A stretch of 34,108 nucleotides of DNA from an uncultured Bacteroidota bacterium (GCA_903881065.1 CAIRRW010000506.1:1-34108); one strand, 5' to 3'; shown: positions 1-11,704, numbered from the stretch's first letter. Notes: generated from the letters alone by a model not told the origin. Translations and numbers: made by a program.

Positions 1-2
1 AG

Positions 3-119
3 CAGCTAAGAAAGCAATTATTGCAAATTAACAAGTCCTTAGCTACTGAATACCTTAATGATATCCGTATCAATTATAAACGAAGGCGCAACCTGATTGC
101 ACTATTATTAAAATTATAG
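3..119 (+). CDS. 3' end of a gene truncated by the window edge (hypothetical protein; not NusG)
   Basis: Frame from base 3 is open and reads QLRKQLLQINKSLATEYLNDIRINYKRRRNLIALLLKL-stop (TAG 117-119); a terminator-like hairpin follows at 300-332. It lacks the NusG KOW C-terminus (FGRxTPxEL). Confidence 0.55.
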   Translation, partial: QLRKQLLQINKSLATEYLNDIRINYKRRRNLIALLLKL

Positions 120-234
120 TTTTACTCTGGAAGATATGGAAGGGGTTTTCTGTATATAAGATTTATCCTCAAACAGGAATGTCCATTTGTTTATATCAGG
201 AAACTTAAAAGACAACTCAAAGAAAATAGGATAA

Positions 235-296
235 ATTGCGGATTGCGGATTTTTGATTGCGGAGAAATCCGAAATTGAAATCCAAAATCCGAAATC
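235..296. repeat. Inverted pair of 7-nt microrepeat runs (ATTGCGG-type then AATCCGA-type)
   Basis: attgcgg attgcgg atttttg attgcgg ... aatccga aattga aatccaa aatccga aatc; the two runs are roughly complementary and could form an imperfect stem. Confidence 0.7.
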
Positions 297-299
297 AAC

Positions 300-332
300 A
301 AAATCCTGCTCTTGAAAAAGGGCAGGATTTTT
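300..332 (+). terminator. Intrinsic terminator upstream of the rplK promoter
   Basis: aaaatcctgctctt-gaaa-aagggcaggatttt stem-loop followed by T-rich sequence. Confidence 0.75.
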
Positions 333-398
333 ATGTTTTCCTTTTCAGTAAATAAAAATTTATTTTGAACAGGATGTTGTTTATACAAATAAATTTCC

Positions 399-406
399 TA
401 CTTTTG
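399..406 (+). promoter_or_regulatory. Bacteroidota primary-sigma -7 element (TACTTTTG) for the rplK operon
   Basis: Exact match to TAnnTTTG, just downstream of a terminator and about 170 nt upstream of the rplK ATG. Confidence 0.65.
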
Positions 407-578
407 CCCTCCCTAAAAAAATCGGTAGGGGATATTATAGTAAAAATTACAAACGATAACAGGCAGAAAATAATAAGCTTCCATTAGTATTTACGCAGGT
501 TACAAGGGAATAGAGAAATAAAAAAAGATAGTGCCAAAAAGGTACTTTAATCATACTACAAAATATTAAAATAAGCAA

Positions 579-1025
579 ATGGCAAAAGAAGTAAGTGCAA
601 TGATTAAGTTGCAAATTAAAGGAGGAGCAGCAAATCCTTCACCTCCAATTGGACCTGCATTAGGTGCAAAAGGTGTTAATATCATGGAGTTCTGCAAGCA
701 GTTTAATGCAAGAACACAGGATAAAGCAGGAAAAGTAATTCCGGTAATTATTACTGTATATAACGATAAATCATTTGAATTTATTACTAAAAATCCACCG
801 GTAGCAGTTTCGTTATTGGAGATTACAAAAGTAAAACAAGGTTCAAAAGAATCAAATCGTTTGAAAGTAGGTAACGTATCATGGGCACAGATACGTGAAG
901 TGGCAGAAGCAAAAATGCCCGATTTAAATTGTTTTACAATTGAATCGGCAATGAGCATGGTAGCTGGTACTGCCCGCAGTATGGGATTAACCGTAACAGG
1001 TGAATCTCCGTTGGAAAAAAAGTAA
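579..1025 (+). CDS. rplK: 50S ribosomal protein L11
   Basis: [20 protein letters not shown]...[13 protein letters not shown]...GTARSMG signature; 148 aa. Confidence 0.99.
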   Translation: MAKEVSAMIKLQIKGGAANPSPPIGPALGAKGVNIMEFCKQFNARTQDKAGKVIPVIITVYNDKSFEFITKNPPVAVSLLEITKVKQGSKESNRLKVGNVSWAQIREVAEAKMPDLNCFTIESAMSMVAGTARSMGLTVTGESPLEKK

Positions 1026-1035
1026 GAGTTTAACA

Positions 1036-1070
1036 GGTGGAGTCTGAACAAAGTAAGACGCTCGAACACC
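1036..1070 (+). promoter_or_regulatory. Probable ribosomal protein L1-binding autoregulatory RNA, between rplK and rplA
   Basis: ggtg-gag-tct-(loop)-aga-cg-ctcgaa-cacc: two helices flanking an asymmetric GAG / CG-N6 internal loop, the architecture of the known L1-binding mRNA site; ends 14 nt before the rplA ATG. Confidence 0.65.
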
Positions 1071-1084
1071 ATAAATTAATAAAA

Positions 1085-1777
1085 ATGAAAATTTCAAAGA
1101 AAAGAAAAGCTGCCTTGGCAAAATATGATTCAACAAAATCATACTCTTTGGCAGAAGCATCAAAAATTGTAAAAGACATCACTTCTACAAAATTCGATTC
1201 CTCAGTAGAAATAAGCGTTCGCTTAGGAGTTGATCCTCGGAAAGCAAATCAAATGGTTCGTGGTTCAGTATCTTTACCACACGGAACCGGAAAAACATTA
1301 AAAGTATTAGCCTTGGTTACTCCTGATAAAGAAGCAGAAGCAAAAGCTGCAGGTGCTGATTTTGTTGGTTTGGATGAGTATATCGAAAAAATTAAAGGTG
1401 GCTGGACAGATGTTGATGTTATCATCACAATGCCTTCAGTAATGGGTAAAGTAGGTGCTTTAGGGCGTGTACTTGGACCTCGTGGTTTAATGCCGAATCC
1501 AAAAACAGGAACTGTAACAATGGATATTGGAAAAGCTGTTACTGATTCAAAAGGAGGTAAAATAGATTTTAAAGTTGACAAAGCAGGAATTGTTCAGGCT
1601 TTGGTAGCTAAAGCATCGTTCGATAGCAATAAAATTGCTGATAATGCAAATGAATTATTACAAACGATAATGAAATTAAAACCATCGTCAGCAAAAGGAA
1701 CATATGTAAGAAGCATTTTTATGTCATCTACAATGAGTCCAAGTATCGAAATCGATTCAAAATTTTTAGGGCAATAA
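1085..1777 (+). CDS. rplA: 50S ribosomal protein L1
   Basis: [50 protein letters not shown] and STMSPS motifs. Start moved from the track's GTG at 1037 to ATG 1085 (A-rich context, typical ~230 aa length). Confidence 0.99.
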   Translation: MKISKKRKAALAKYDSTKSYSLAEASKIVKDITSTKFDSSVEISVRLGVDPRKANQMVRGSVSLPHGTGKTLKVLALVTPDKEAEAKAAGADFVGLDEYIEKIKGGWTDVDVIITMPSVMGKVGALGRVLGPRGLMPNPKTGTVTMDIGKAVTDSKGGKIDFKVDKAGIVQALVAKASFDSNKIADNANELLQTIMKLKPSSAKGTYVRSIFMSSTMSPSIEIDSKFLGQ

Positions 1778-1848
1778 TTCTGCAGTATTTGCAGAAAAAA
1801 TCACATTTGCACTGGCTTCCACTGGGCAAATAAATTAACTTAATAGAA

Positions 1849-2373
1849 ATGAAAAAAGAAGAAAAAACAGAAGTAATAGACTCGTTGGTAAAGCAATTAG
1901 CAGACAACAGTCATTTCTATTTAACCGATGTTGCTTCTTTAACTGCTGAAAAAACATCACAGTTGAGAAGATTATGTTTTAAAAAGAACATCAAAATGCT
2001 GGTAGTTAAAAATTCTTTGCTTCAAAAAGCAATGGAACGTAGCGAAGGCAAAGATTATCAACCGTTGTTCGGCTCATTAAAAGGCTCAACAGCAATTATG
2101 TTTTCGGAAGTAGGAAGTGATCCTGCAAAGCTTATCAAAGAATTCAGAGTGAAAAATGATAAGCCGGTTTTGAAAGCAGCATTTGTTGAAGAGTGTGCTT
2201 ATATAGGCGATAATCAATTAGAAGTTCTTGCTAGTATCAAATCTAAAAATGAGCTTATTGGCGACATTGTTGGATTGTTACAATCACCTGCTAAAAATGT
2301 TATTTCTGCACTTAAATCAAGTGGTGGTAAATTGGCAGGTATAGTTAAAACATTATCGGAAAAAGAGAATTAA
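1849..2373 (+). CDS. rplJ: 50S ribosomal protein L10
   Basis: LRRLCF...VVKNSLL...LASIKSKNELIGDIVGLLQSPA; position between rplA and rplL. Confidence 0.98.
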   Translation: MKKEEKTEVIDSLVKQLADNSHFYLTDVASLTAEKTSQLRRLCFKKNIKMLVVKNSLLQKAMERSEGKDYQPLFGSLKGSTAIMFSEVGSDPAKLIKEFRVKNDKPVLKAAFVEECAYIGDNQLEVLASIKSKNELIGDIVGLLQSPAKNVISALKSSGGKLAGIVKTLSEKEN

Positions 2374-2430
2374 AATAGTAATAGTAAAATCAATAAAAAA
2401 GTAATTAACAATTAAAAACAATAAATAAAA

Positions 2431-2805
2431 ATGGCAGATTTAAAATCATTCGCAGAGCAATTAGTAAACTTAACTGTAAAAGAAGTTAATGAGTTAGCTC
2501 AAATTTTAAAAGATGAGTATGGTATCGAACCAGCAGCAGCAGCAGTAGCAGTAGCAGTAGGTGGTGGTGCAGGAGCAGCAGCAGTTGCTGAAAAAACTAC
2601 TTTTGATGTAATCCTTGTTGAAGCAGGAGCAGCAAAATTAGGTGTTGTTAAAATCGTTAAAGATTTAACAGGTCTTGGATTAAAAGAAGCAAAAGACTTA
2701 GTTGACGGAGCACCAAAACCATTGAAAGAAGGCATCTCTAAAGAAGAAGCTGAAACAATGAAGAAACAATTAGAAGAAGCAGGAGCAAAGGTTGAGATTA
2801 AATAA
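2431..2805 (+). CDS. rplL: 50S ribosomal protein L7/L12
   Basis: Ala-rich hinge, [35 protein letters not shown]. Confidence 0.99.
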   Translation: MADLKSFAEQLVNLTVKEVNELAQILKDEYGIEPAAAAVAVAVGGGAGAAAVAEKTTFDVILVEAGAAKLGVVKIVKDLTGLGLKEAKDLVDGAPKPLKEGISKEEAETMKKQLEEAGAKVEIK

Positions 2806-2830
2806 GCTTTTCGCTGATACACAATATTAA

Positions 2831-2874
2831 GGTTTAGACCTTGGTCTGTCAATTTGATGGACAAGGTCTATACC
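2831..2874 (+). terminator. rplL-rpoB intergenic hairpin (attenuator or partial terminator)
   Basis: ggt-t-tagacctt-g-gtctgtcaa-t-ttgatggac-aaggtcta-t-acc followed by gttttgttgtttat. Confidence 0.6.
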
Positions 2875-2953
2875 GTTTTGTTGTTTATAGTTGTTTTATC
2901 TTATTAACCAGTTTGCTACTTAAAAAATAGTAACAAACATAAATCTTAACAAA

Positions 2954-5900
2954 TTGGCTCAAACAAAAAAATCTCAAAGAATAAGTTTCGCATCTATAAA
3001 AAGTCAAATTGATTACCCTGACTTTTTAGATATTCAACTTAAATCGTTTCAAGACTTTTTTCAGTTGGAAACAACTTCCGAAAATCGTCAAAACGAAGGA
3101 TTGTATAAAGTTTTCGCAGAAAATTTTCCAATCTCAGATGCACGAAATAATTTCGTGTTAGAATTCCTAGACTATTTTATCGATCCTCCACGTTATGCTC
3201 TTGAAGAGTGTATTGAAAGAGGATTGACATACAGCGTTCCGCTAAAAGCGAAGGTACGTTTGTATTGTACTGACCCTGAACATGAGGATTTCGAAACCAT
3301 TGTTCAGGATGTTTATTTAGGTACAATACCTTATATGACTCCTAAAGGAACGTTTGTAATAAATGGAGCAGAACGTGTTATCGTTTCTCAGTTACATCGT
3401 TCTCCTGGTGTGTTCTTTGGTCAGAGCCGCCATGCAAACGGAACAAAACTTTATTCTGCCCGTGTTATTCCTTTCAAAGGATCATGGATAGAATTTGCTA
3501 CGGATATCAATAGCGTTATGTACGCTTATATTGACCGTAAGAAAAAATTACCTGTTACAACACTTCTTAGAGCTATCGGCTTTGAAAGCGATAAACAAAT
3601 TCTTGAAATATTTGGTTTAGCTGACGAAGTAAAAGTAAGTAAACCGAATTTAAAAGGAGCACTAGGTCGTAAGTTGGCTGCAAGGGTATTAAAGACATGG
3701 ATAGAAGATTTCGTGGATGAGGATACCGGTGAGGTGGTTTCAATCGAACGTAATGAGGTAATCATTGACCGTGAAACTATACTAGATGAAAGCCATATTG
3801 AATTGATTATTGATGCAAACGTAAAATCTGTAATTCTTCATAAGCAAGATGTGAATGCAGGTGATTACGCCATTATATATAATACATTACAGAAAGATAC
3901 TTCCAACTCTGAGAAAGAGGCTGTGGAGCATATCTATCGTCAATTGCGTAATGCAGAACCACCTGATGAAGAGACAGCTCGTGGTATTATTGACAAATTA
4001 TTTTTCTCTGATAAACGTTATGATTTAGGAGAAGTTGGCCGTTACAGAATCAACAAAAAGTTGAATCTTACTACTCCGATGGATCATAAAACATTGACTA
4101 AAGAAGATATTATCTGTATCATCAAATATTTGATTGAACTTATCAATTCAAAAGCTGATGTGGATGATATTGACCACTTGAGTAACAGACGTGTGCGTAC
4201 AGTTGGAGAACAATTGTATTCTCAGTTTGGTGTTGGTTTGGCTCGTATGGCTCGTACAATCCGTGAGCGTATGAACGTTCGTGATAACGAGGTATTCACT
4301 CCAACTGATTTGATTAATGCTAAAACATTATCTTCAGTTATCAACTCATTCTTTGGAACAAATCAGTTGTCTCAATTTATGGATCAAACAAATCCATTGG
4401 CTGAAATAACTCATAAGAGAAGGTTATCTGCCCTAGGGCCAGGTGGTTTATCCCGTGAGCGTGCTGGTTTTGAAGTTCGTGACGTTCACTATACTCACTA
4501 CGGACGTTTATGTACAATTGAAACTCCTGAAGGTCCGAATATCGGTTTGATTTCTTCACTTTGTGTATTCGCAAAAATAAATAAATTAGGCTTTATCGAA
4601 ACTCCATATATGACTGTTACAGACGGTAAGGTGGATATTGAAAAGAGTGTTACTTATTTAAGTGCTGAAGAAGAAGATTCAAAAACTATAGCACAAGCAA
4701 ATGCGCCAATTGATGCGAAAGGAAACTTTGTAGAAGCAAAAGTGAAAGCTCGTTACGAAGGAGATTTCCCCGTTGTAGAGCCTGAAAAATTACAATTGAT
4801 GGACGTTGCTCCTAATCAAATCGCATCTATTGCAGCTTCATTAATTCCATTTTTGGAACATGATGATGCTAACCGTGCATTGATGGGATCAAACATGCAA
4901 CGTCAAGCTGTACCCTTATTACGCCCAGAGGCTCCAATTGTTGGAACTGGATTAGAGCCATTAGTTGCTCGCGATTCTCGTGTGTTAATTAATGCTGTTG
5001 GTGAAGGTGTAGTAGAATATGTAGATTCAAACGAAATTGTAATCCGTTACAATCGCACGGAAGATGAAAAACTTATTAGTTTTGATGAAGATGTAGTTCG
5101 TTATAAACTAACTAAATTCCGTAAAACCAACCAAAGTACCTGTATCAACTTAAAACCAATTGTAAAGAAAGGTGAAAAAGTTTCTAAAGGTCAGGTATTA
5201 TGTGATGGTTATGCAACACAGAATGGAGAATTGGCATTAGGTCGAAACATGAAAGTGGCATTCATGCCATGGAAGGGTTACAACTTTGAGGATGCTATTG
5301 TTATTTCTGAACGTGTTGCTCGTGAAGATATTTTCACTTCAGTACATATTGATGAATATTCATTGGAAGTACGTGATACAAAACGTGGTTTAGAGGAATT
5401 AACTGCTGATATTCCAAATGTTTCGGAAGAAGCAACAAAAGATCTTGATGAAAACGGATTGATACGAATCGGTGCTGAAGTAAAAGAAGGTGATATTTTA
5501 ATAGGTAAGATTACTCCAAAAGGTGAAACCGATCCTTCTCCTGAAGAAAAACTTTTACGTGCTATTTTTGGTGACAAAGCTGGTGATGTGAAAGATGCAT
5601 CTTTAAAAGCACCTCCATCATTACGTGGTGTTGTTATTGAGAAAAAATTGTTTTCAAAAATTATTAAAGATAAGAAAGCAAAACAAGAAGAAAAACCTTT
5701 GTTAGAAAAAATTGACAAAGAACATAATGTTGAAGTGGCAGCATTGAAAAACAAGTTAGTTGATAAACTTACTAGTTTAGTTAATGGAAAAACTTCGCAA
5801 GGTGTTTATAATCTTCTAAAAGAGGAAGTTGTTCCAAAAAGCACTAAATTTACTCAGAAACTTCTTGAGAAAATTGATTTTAGCTCAGTGAATCCAGGTA

Positions 5901-6763
5901 AATGGACAACTGATAAAGAAACCAATGAGAAAATAAAAACATTGCTTCATAACTATTCAATACGTTTCAACGACTTACTTGGCGCTTATAAACGCAAAAA
6001 ATTTGCTGTAACTATTGGAGATGAGCTGCCATCTGGAATTGTACAACTTGCGAAAATTTATATAGCTAAAAAGCGTAAATTAAAAGTAGGGGATAAAATG
6101 GCTGGTCGTCACGGTAACAAAGGTATTGTTGCGAGAATCGTTCGTGATGAAGATATGCCATTCCTTGATGATGGAACGCCTGTTGACATTGTGTTGAATC
6201 CACTTGGTGTGCCTTCACGTATGAACTTAGGTCAGATTTATGAAACTGTACTTGGTTGGGCAGGACAAAAATTAGGTGAGAAATTCTTTACCCCTATTTT
6301 TGACGGTGCAACTACTGAACAATTGAATGAATGGACAGATAAAGCCGGCTTACCTCGTTTTGGTCGTACCTTCTTAACAGATGGCGGAACAGGTGAGAAA
6401 TTTGATCAACCAGCAACTGTAGGTGTTATCTATATGTTGAAACTTGGTCACATGGTGGATGATAAAATGCACTCTCGTTCAATAGGACCTTATTCATTAA
6501 TTACGCAACAACCTTTAGGAGGTAAAGCACAGTTCGGTGGACAGCGTTTTGGTGAGATGGAGGTTTGGGCATTGGAAGCATTTGGTGCTGCGAACATTCT
6601 ACAGGAAATCCTTACTATTAAGTCGGATGACGTAATAGGAAGAGCAAAAGCCTACGAGGCAATTGTAAAAGGTGAAAATATGCCAACTCCAGGAATCCCT
6701 GAATCGTTCAATGTATTATTGCACGAATTAAGAGGACTGGGATTGAATATCACTCTTGACTAA
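2954..6763 (+). CDS. rpoB: DNA-directed RNA polymerase subunit beta
   Basis: 1269 aa, TTG start; [65 protein letters not shown] motifs. Confidence 0.99.
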   Translation: MAQTKKSQRISFASIKSQIDYPDFLDIQLKSFQDFFQLETTSENRQNEGLYKVFAENFPISDARNNFVLEFLDYFIDPPRYALEECIERGLTYSVPLKAKVRLYCTDPEHEDFETIVQDVYLGTIPYMTPKGTFVINGAERVIVSQLHRSPGVFFGQSRHANGTKLYSARVIPFKGSWIEFATDINSVMYAYIDRKKKLPVTTLLRAIGFESDKQILEIFGLADEVKVSKPNLKGALGRKLAARVLKTWIEDFVDEDTGEVVSIERNEVIIDRETILDESHIELIIDANVKSVILHKQDVNAGDYAIIYNTLQKDTSNSEKEAVEHIYRQLRNAEPPDEETARGIIDKLFFSDKRYDLGEVGRYRINKKLNLTTPMDHKTLTKEDIICIIKYLIELINSKADVDDIDHLSNRRVRTVGEQLYSQFGVGLARMARTIRERMNVRDNEVFTPTDLINAKTLSSVINSFFGTNQLSQFMDQTNPLAEITHKRRLSALGPGGLSRERAGFEVRDVHYTHYGRLCTIETPEGPNIGLISSLCVFAKINKLGFIETPYMTVTDGKVDIEKSVTYLSAEEEDSKTIAQANAPIDAKGNFVEAKVKARYEGDFPVVEPEKLQLMDVAPNQIASIAASLIPFLEHDDANRALMGSNMQRQAVPLLRPEAPIVGTGLEPLVARDSRVLINAVGEGVVEYVDSNEIVIRYNRTEDEKLISFDEDVVRYKLTKFRKTNQSTCINLKPIVKKGEKVSKGQVLCDGYATQNGELALGRNMKVAFMPWKGYNFEDAIVISERVAREDIFTSVHIDEYSLEVRDTKRGLEELTADIPNVSEEATKDLDENGLIRIGAEVKEGDILIGKITPKGETDPSPEEKLLRAIFGDKAGDVKDASLKAPPSLRGVVIEKKLFSKIIKDKKAKQEEKPLLEKIDKEHNVEVAALKNKLVDKLTSLVNGKTSQGVYNLLKEEVVPKSTKFTQKLLEKIDFSSVNPGKWTTDKETNEKIKTLLHNYSIRFNDLLGAYKRKKFAVTIGDELPSGIVQLAKIYIAKKRKLKVGDKMAGRHGNKGIVARIVRDEDMPFLDDGTPVDIVLNPLGVPSRMNLGQIYETVLGWAGQKLGEKFFTPIFDGATTEQLNEWTDKAGLPRFGRTFLTDGGTGEKFDQPATVGVIYMLKLGHMVDDKMHSRSIGPYSLITQQPLGGKAQFGGQRFGEMEVWALEAFGAANILQEILTIKSDDVIGRAKAYEAIVKGENMPTPGIPESFNVLLHELRGLGLNITLD

Positions 6764-6772
6764 CAACTGGTA

Positions 6773-6822
6773 TAAAGTTTCAGGTTTTAAGCTAACTTAT
6801 GTTTCTTAAAACCTGAAATTTA
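6773..6822. repeat. rpoB-rpoC intergenic inverted repeat
   Basis: taaagtttcaggttttaag ... cttaaaacctgaaattta arms around a 13-nt loop. Confidence 0.65.
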
Positions 6823-6862
6823 AAATTTCAAAAAATAACTTTAAACTATAAATTAATAATAA

Positions 6863-9800
6863 ATGGCTTTCAACAGAAGAGATCAAAAACTTAAAAGCAA
6901 TTTCTCGAAAATTACTATAAGCCTGGCGTCACCTGAAGCAATTCTGGAACGTTCAAGTGGTGAGGTAGTAAAGCCCGAAACCATCAATTACAGAACTTAC
7001 AAACCAGAAATGGGCGGATTGTTCTGTGAACGAATTTTTGGTCCGGTAAAAGATTGGGAATGTGCCTGTGGAAAATATAAACGTATTCGTTACAAAGGTA
7101 TTGTTTGTGACCGTTGTGGGGTAGAGGTAACGGAAAAGAAGGTTCGTAGAGAGCGTATGGGGCACATTGGTTTAGTTGTTCCTGTTGCACATATTTGGTA
7201 TTTCAAATCTTTGCCAAATAAAATAGGATATCTATTAGGTTTACCAACAAAAAAATTGGATACTATCATTTACTATGAGCGCTATGTAGTAGTAAATGCT
7301 GGTGTAAAAGCATCTGATGGTGTAAACTATCTTGACTTTTTATCTGAAGAAGAATATTTGAATATTCTTGAAACATTACCAAAAGATAATCAGCATTTGG
7401 ATGATGAAGACCCTAATAAGTTTATCGCTAAAATGGGTGCTGAGGCATTGCAGGAATTATTGAAGCGCGTAGATTTAGATGCTTTATCTTTCGACTTGCG
7501 AATAAAAGCAAATACAGAAACATCTCAACAACGTAAAAACGAAGCATTGAAACGTTTGCAAGTGGTTGAAAGTTTCCGTCATGCAAATGATCATGTTGAA
7601 AATCGTCCTGAGTGGATGATTGTAAAAATTGTACCTGTAATTCCACCGGAATTACGTCCGTTAGTTCCATTGGATGGCGGTCGTTTTGCGACATCTGACT
7701 TAAATGACTTATACAGACGTGTTATTATCCGTAACAACCGTTTGAAACGATTAATAGAAATTAAAGCTCCGGAAGTAATCTTACGTAACGAAAAACGTAT
7801 GTTACAGGAGTCTGTGGATTCATTATTTGATAACTCACGTAAATCGAATGCTGTGAAAACAGAATCGAACCGTGCTTTGAAATCACTTTCTGATTCATTG
7901 AAAGGTAAACAAGGTCGTTTCCGTCAGAACTTACTTGGTAAACGTGTAGATTATTCAGCACGTTCGGTAATTGTTGTAGGACCTGAATTGAAATTACACG
8001 AATGCGGATTGCCGAAAGATATGGCAGCAGAGTTATTCAAGCCATTCATCATTCGTAAAATGATTGAGCGAGGTATTGTTAAAACTGTTAAATCAGCAAA
8101 GAAAATAGTTGACAAGAAGGAGCCTGTAGTTTGGGATATTTTGGAAAACGTATTGAAAGGACATCCAGTTCTTTTGAATCGTGCTCCGACATTGCATAGA
8201 TTAGGTATCCAGGCTTTCCAACCAAAATTAATTGAAGGAAAAGCGATTCAGTTGCATCCTTTGACTTGTACTGCGTTTAACGCGGATTTTGACGGGGATC
8301 AAATGGCAGTTCACGTTCCATTGGGACATGCTGCAATATTGGAAGCTCAGTTATTAATGCTTGCTTCGCATAACATTTTGAACCCAGCTAACGGTGCTCC
8401 GGTAGCGGTACCTTCTCAGGACATGGTGCTTGGTCTGTATTACATGACCAAAGGAAAAAAATCTACTAAAGAAGAAAAAGTAAAAGGCGAAGGTCTTGTA
8501 TTTTATTCTGCAGAAGAAACTATTATTGCTTACAACGAAAAGAAAGTTGATTTGCATGCTTTTGTTAAGGTTCGTTTGCAAGTAAAAGAAGGCGGCAAAA
8601 TTGTTAATAAATTAATGGAAACTACTGTTGGTCGTATCTTGTTTAATCAAGTGGTACCGGTAGAAGTAGGTTACATTAATGAGCTATTGACTAAAAAATC
8701 TTTAAGAGATATTATCGGAACTATTGTTAAGGAAACAGGTATGGCTAAAACAGCTAAATTCCTTGATGATATTAAAGGCTTAGGTTATATGAGTGCATTC
8801 CGTGGCGGTTTATCATTTAACTTGGGAGACGTAATGATTCCTGAAGATAAACCGAAAATGATTGCAGATGCAAATGCTCAGGTGGAAGAAGTGGTAGGAA
8901 ACTATAACATGGGTTTCATCACTAATAATGAGCGTTACAATCAGATTATCGATATCTGGACACATACTAACTCACGTATTACTAAAAAAGTATTGGATAC
9001 ATTGACGAGCGATCGTCAAGGATTTAATCCGGTATTTATGATGTTGGATTCTGGTGCGAGAGGTTCAAAAGAACAGATTCGTCAGTTGGGCGGTATGCGT
9101 GGATTGATGGCGAAACCTCAAAAAGGTGCCGGCGGCGGTGAGATTATCGAAAACCCAATCCTTTCTAACTTTAAAGAAGGATTATCCATCCTTGAGTATT
9201 TTATTTCTACTCACGGTGCACGTAAAGGGCTTGCGGATACGGCGTTGAAAACAGCGGATGCAGGTTACTTAACCCGTCGTTTAGTGGATGTGGCTCAGGA
9301 TGTTATAATCACAATAGAAGATTGCGGTACATTACGTGGATTGATTGCTACTCCATTGAAGAAAAATGATGAAGTGGTTGAATCGTTATACGATAGAATA
9401 CTTGGAAGAACTGCAGTTCATGATGTTTATAATCCATTAACAGGTAAAAAGATTATTGCTTCAGGAGAAGAAATTACTGAAGATTATGCAAAACAAATTT
9501 CTGATTCTCCAATTGAGCAAGTAGAGATTCGTTCCGTATTGACCTGCGAAAGCAAAAACGGTGTTTGCGGTAAATGTTACGGACGTAACCTTGCTACAGG
9601 CAGAATGGTTCAGCGAGGTGAAGCAGTAGGTGTTATTGCTGCACAATCAATCGGTGAGCCGGGAACACAGTTGACATTACGTACATTCCACGTTGGAGGT
9701 GTTGCGGGTGGCTCTGTTGCTTCTTCTAAAATAGAAGCTAAATACGATGGTATCCTTGAAATAGATGAGTTGAAAACAGTAAAACGTAAATCAGGAAAAG

Positions 9801-11158
9801 AAATGGTTGACGTTGTTATCGGCCGTTCTGCTGAGATGCGCATTATTGATGCTACTACTAAAATTGTATTGACTACAGGAAATATTCCTTACGGTTCACA
9901 GGTTTATGTGACTGGAAATACAAAAATCAAAAAAGGTACTTTGATTTGTGACTGGGATCCATACAATGCTGTAATTGTGTCTGAATTCGGTGGTAAACTT
10001 GAATTTGATAATATCGAAGAAGGCATTACTTTCCGTGAAGAATCGGATGAACAGACAGGATTTAAGGAAAAAGTGATTGTTGAAAGTCGTGATAAATCCA
10101 AGAACCCTGCAATCAGAATTATTGCAAACAAAGAGGTTTTACGTACCTATAACATTCCGGTGAGTGCACACGTTATTGTAAATGACGGAGCGAAAATAGA
10201 GCCGGGACAAATACTTGTTAAGATTCCTCGTTCGTCAGGTAAATCAGGCGATATTACAGGTGGTTTACCACGTGTAACTGAGTTGTTCGAAGCACGTAAC
10301 CCAAGTAACCCAGCTGTGGTTTCTGAAATTGACGGTATTGTTTCTTTCGGAAAAATCAAACGTGGTAACCGTGAGGTATACGTAGAATCGAGAACTGGTG
10401 AGCGTAAAACATATCTTGTACAGTTGAGTAAACACATACTTGTTCAGGAAAACGACTTTATCAAAGCCGGTGAGCCGCTTTGCGACGGTGCAATTACTCC
10501 TAGCGATATACTTGCGATAAAAGGACCTACTGCGGTTCAGGAATATTTAGTGAATGAGGTGCAGGAAGTTTACCGTTTGCAAGGTGTGAAAATCAATGAT
10601 AAACATTTCGAAGTAATTGTTCGTCAGATGATGAGAAAAGTGGATATCAGCGAAGCTGGAGATTCTACTTTCCTTGAAAAACAATTGATAAACAAAGCAA
10701 CGTTTATGGAAGAAAACGATAACCTGTATGCTAAAGTAGTGATACTTGATGCAGGCGAATCGACTCTTTATAAAGCAGGCCAGATTATCAGTGCGCGTAA
10801 ATTAAGAGATGAAAATGGCTCGTTGAAACGCAGAGATATGAAACTTATTGAAGCTCGCGAAGCTATGCCGGCTACATCCAATGCGGTGTTGCAGGGTATT
10901 ACACGTGCTTCGTTGCAAACCAACAGCTTTATGAGTGCTGCATCGTTCCAGGAAACTACAAAAGTATTGAACGAGGCTGCTGTGAGCGGAAAAGTGGATC
11001 ATTTGCTTGGATTGAAAGAAAACGTAATTGTTGGACATTTAATACCTGCAGGTACCGGCTTGAGAGCTTATGATAAGATGATTGTTGGATCTCAAGAAGA
11101 GATGGATAAATTGATGGCTTCGAAAAAAGAAGCTATGGAAGTGGAAGATGATGAATAG
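6863..11158 (+). CDS. rpoC: DNA-directed RNA polymerase subunit beta'
   Basis: 1431 aa; Zn ribbon CACGKY...CDRCGVE, catalytic [37 protein letters not shown]. Confidence 0.99.
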   Translation: MAFNRRDQKLKSNFSKITISLASPEAILERSSGEVVKPETINYRTYKPEMGGLFCERIFGPVKDWECACGKYKRIRYKGIVCDRCGVEVTEKKVRRERMGHIGLVVPVAHIWYFKSLPNKIGYLLGLPTKKLDTIIYYERYVVVNAGVKASDGVNYLDFLSEEEYLNILETLPKDNQHLDDEDPNKFIAKMGAEALQELLKRVDLDALSFDLRIKANTETSQQRKNEALKRLQVVESFRHANDHVENRPEWMIVKIVPVIPPELRPLVPLDGGRFATSDLNDLYRRVIIRNNRLKRLIEIKAPEVILRNEKRMLQESVDSLFDNSRKSNAVKTESNRALKSLSDSLKGKQGRFRQNLLGKRVDYSARSVIVVGPELKLHECGLPKDMAAELFKPFIIRKMIERGIVKTVKSAKKIVDKKEPVVWDILENVLKGHPVLLNRAPTLHRLGIQAFQPKLIEGKAIQLHPLTCTAFNADFDGDQMAVHVPLGHAAILEAQLLMLASHNILNPANGAPVAVPSQDMVLGLYYMTKGKKSTKEEKVKGEGLVFYSAEETIIAYNEKKVDLHAFVKVRLQVKEGGKIVNKLMETTVGRILFNQVVPVEVGYINELLTKKSLRDIIGTIVKETGMAKTAKFLDDIKGLGYMSAFRGGLSFNLGDVMIPEDKPKMIADANAQVEEVVGNYNMGFITNNERYNQIIDIWTHTNSRITKKVLDTLTSDRQGFNPVFMMLDSGARGSKEQIRQLGGMRGLMAKPQKGAGGGEIIENPILSNFKEGLSILEYFISTHGARKGLADTALKTADAGYLTRRLVDVAQDVIITIEDCGTLRGLIATPLKKNDEVVESLYDRILGRTAVHDVYNPLTGKKIIASGEEITEDYAKQISDSPIEQVEIRSVLTCESKNGVCGKCYGRNLATGRMVQRGEAVGVIAAQSIGEPGTQLTLRTFHVGGVAGGSVASSKIEAKYDGILEIDELKTVKRKSGKEMVDVVIGRSAEMRIIDATTKIVLTTGNIPYGSQVYVTGNTKIKKGTLICDWDPYNAVIVSEFGGKLEFDNIEEGITFREESDEQTGFKEKVIVESRDKSKNPAIRIIANKEVLRTYNIPVSAHVIVNDGAKIEPGQILVKIPRSSGKSGDITGGLPRVTELFEARNPSNPAVVSEIDGIVSFGKIKRGNREVYVESRTGERKTYLVQLSKHILVQENDFIKAGEPLCDGAITPSDILAIKGPTAVQEYLVNEVQEVYRLQGVKINDKHFEVIVRQMMRKVDISEAGDSTFLEKQLINKATFMEENDNLYAKVVILDAGESTLYKAGQIISARKLRDENGSLKRRDMKLIEAREAMPATSNAVLQGITRASLQTNSFMSAASFQETTKVLNEAAVSGKVDHLLGLKENVIVGHLIPAGTGLRAYDKMIVGSQEEMDKLMASKKEAMEVEDDE

Positions 11159-11202
11159 TTCATTGGTTCATAAGTTGATTGGTTAACTAGTCAATAGAAG
11201 TA

Positions 11203-11240
11203 TAAAAAGAGGGATGACGAAAGTTGTCCCTCTTTTTTTT
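11203..11240 (+). terminator. Intrinsic terminator of the rplK-rpoC operon
   Basis: aaaaagagggatgac-gaaa-gttgtccctctttttttt: GC stem, GAAA tetraloop, long T tract. Confidence 0.9.
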
Positions 11241-11289
11241 ATTCGTTTAAGTATTACTCATTTTTCTCAATTTTTTTCTTTACAGAAAT

Positions 11290-11478
11290 GAAAACCGGAC
11301 GTTCCAGTCGCACAGCCGGAACTTCGGGAAGTTCAGCCCGATTGTTCAGCCGCCCAGCCGGAACATCGGGCAGCTCAGCCGGACTATCCAGACACCCAGC
11401 CGGACAATCCAGACGCCCAGCCAGAACATCGGGCAGCTCAGCCGAACCGTCCAGACGCCCAGCCGGAACATTCGGCAG
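11290..11478. repeat. GC-rich 21-bp tandem array, 9 degenerate units
   Basis: Units start at 11290, 11311, 11332, 11353, 11374, 11395, 11416, 11437 and 11458, e.g. cccagccggaacatcgggcag and ctcagccggactatccagaca; shared CAGCCGG-like core. Confidence 0.9.
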
Positions 11479-11672
11479 GAAGAATAATAGCACGAACTTG
11501 CTTAAAATCAAGTCCTTGTTCGAGTAACGCGATACTTCGAGGCTCTGCTTCAGGGTTATTCTTTTTTTCTCTTTTATTCATTCTCTCTTTATTTTGACAT
11601 AAGCAAAATAGAATAAATAATAAAAAAGTACTTTCCGTAATTGCCCGTTATTTCCGTCATTCAACTTATTTT

Positions 11673-11704
11673 TTTGTATATAATAATTTAATGAACTAAC
11701 TTTG
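11673..11704 (+). promoter_or_regulatory. Bacteroidota primary-sigma promoter (-33 TTTG, -7 TAACTTTG)
   Basis: TTTG at 11673-11676, 20-nt spacer, TAACTTTG at 11697-11704, 40 nt before ATG 11745. Confidence 0.7.

Noticed and set aside
191-388. 65-aa minus-strand ORF
   Set aside because: It reads through the 7-mer microrepeats and the terminator (ISDFGFQFRISPQSKIRNPQ); a translation of repeat DNA.
1037-1084. 16-aa N-terminal extension of L1 given in the ORF track
   Set aside because: It overlaps the probable L1-binding RNA; ATG 1085 gives a normal-length L1.
1778-1796. Hairpin ttctgca-gtatt-tgcagaa as an L10 leader
   Set aside because: Short, and I cannot see the kink-turn features of the L10(L12)4 binding site.
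2532-2584. GCA/GTA trinucleotide runs
   Set aside because: They encode the normal Ala/Val/Gly hinge of L7/L12.
4340-4460. Rifampicin-resistance changes in rpoB cluster I
   Set aside because: [22 protein letters not shown] retains the usual sensitive residues (Q, D, H, S).
566-11038. Antisense ORFs over rplK, rplA, rplL, rpoB and rpoC (e.g. 566-1072, 2499-2864, 5278-5754)
   Set aside because: Shadow frames of highly codon-biased conserved genes; no recognisable motifs.
11254-11527. 85-aa (minus) and 79-aa (plus) ORFs as confident genes, or the array as a CRISPR
   Set aside because: Open frames follow from a GC-rich 21-bp repeat; no unique spacers and no cas genes. Kept only as a repeat finding.
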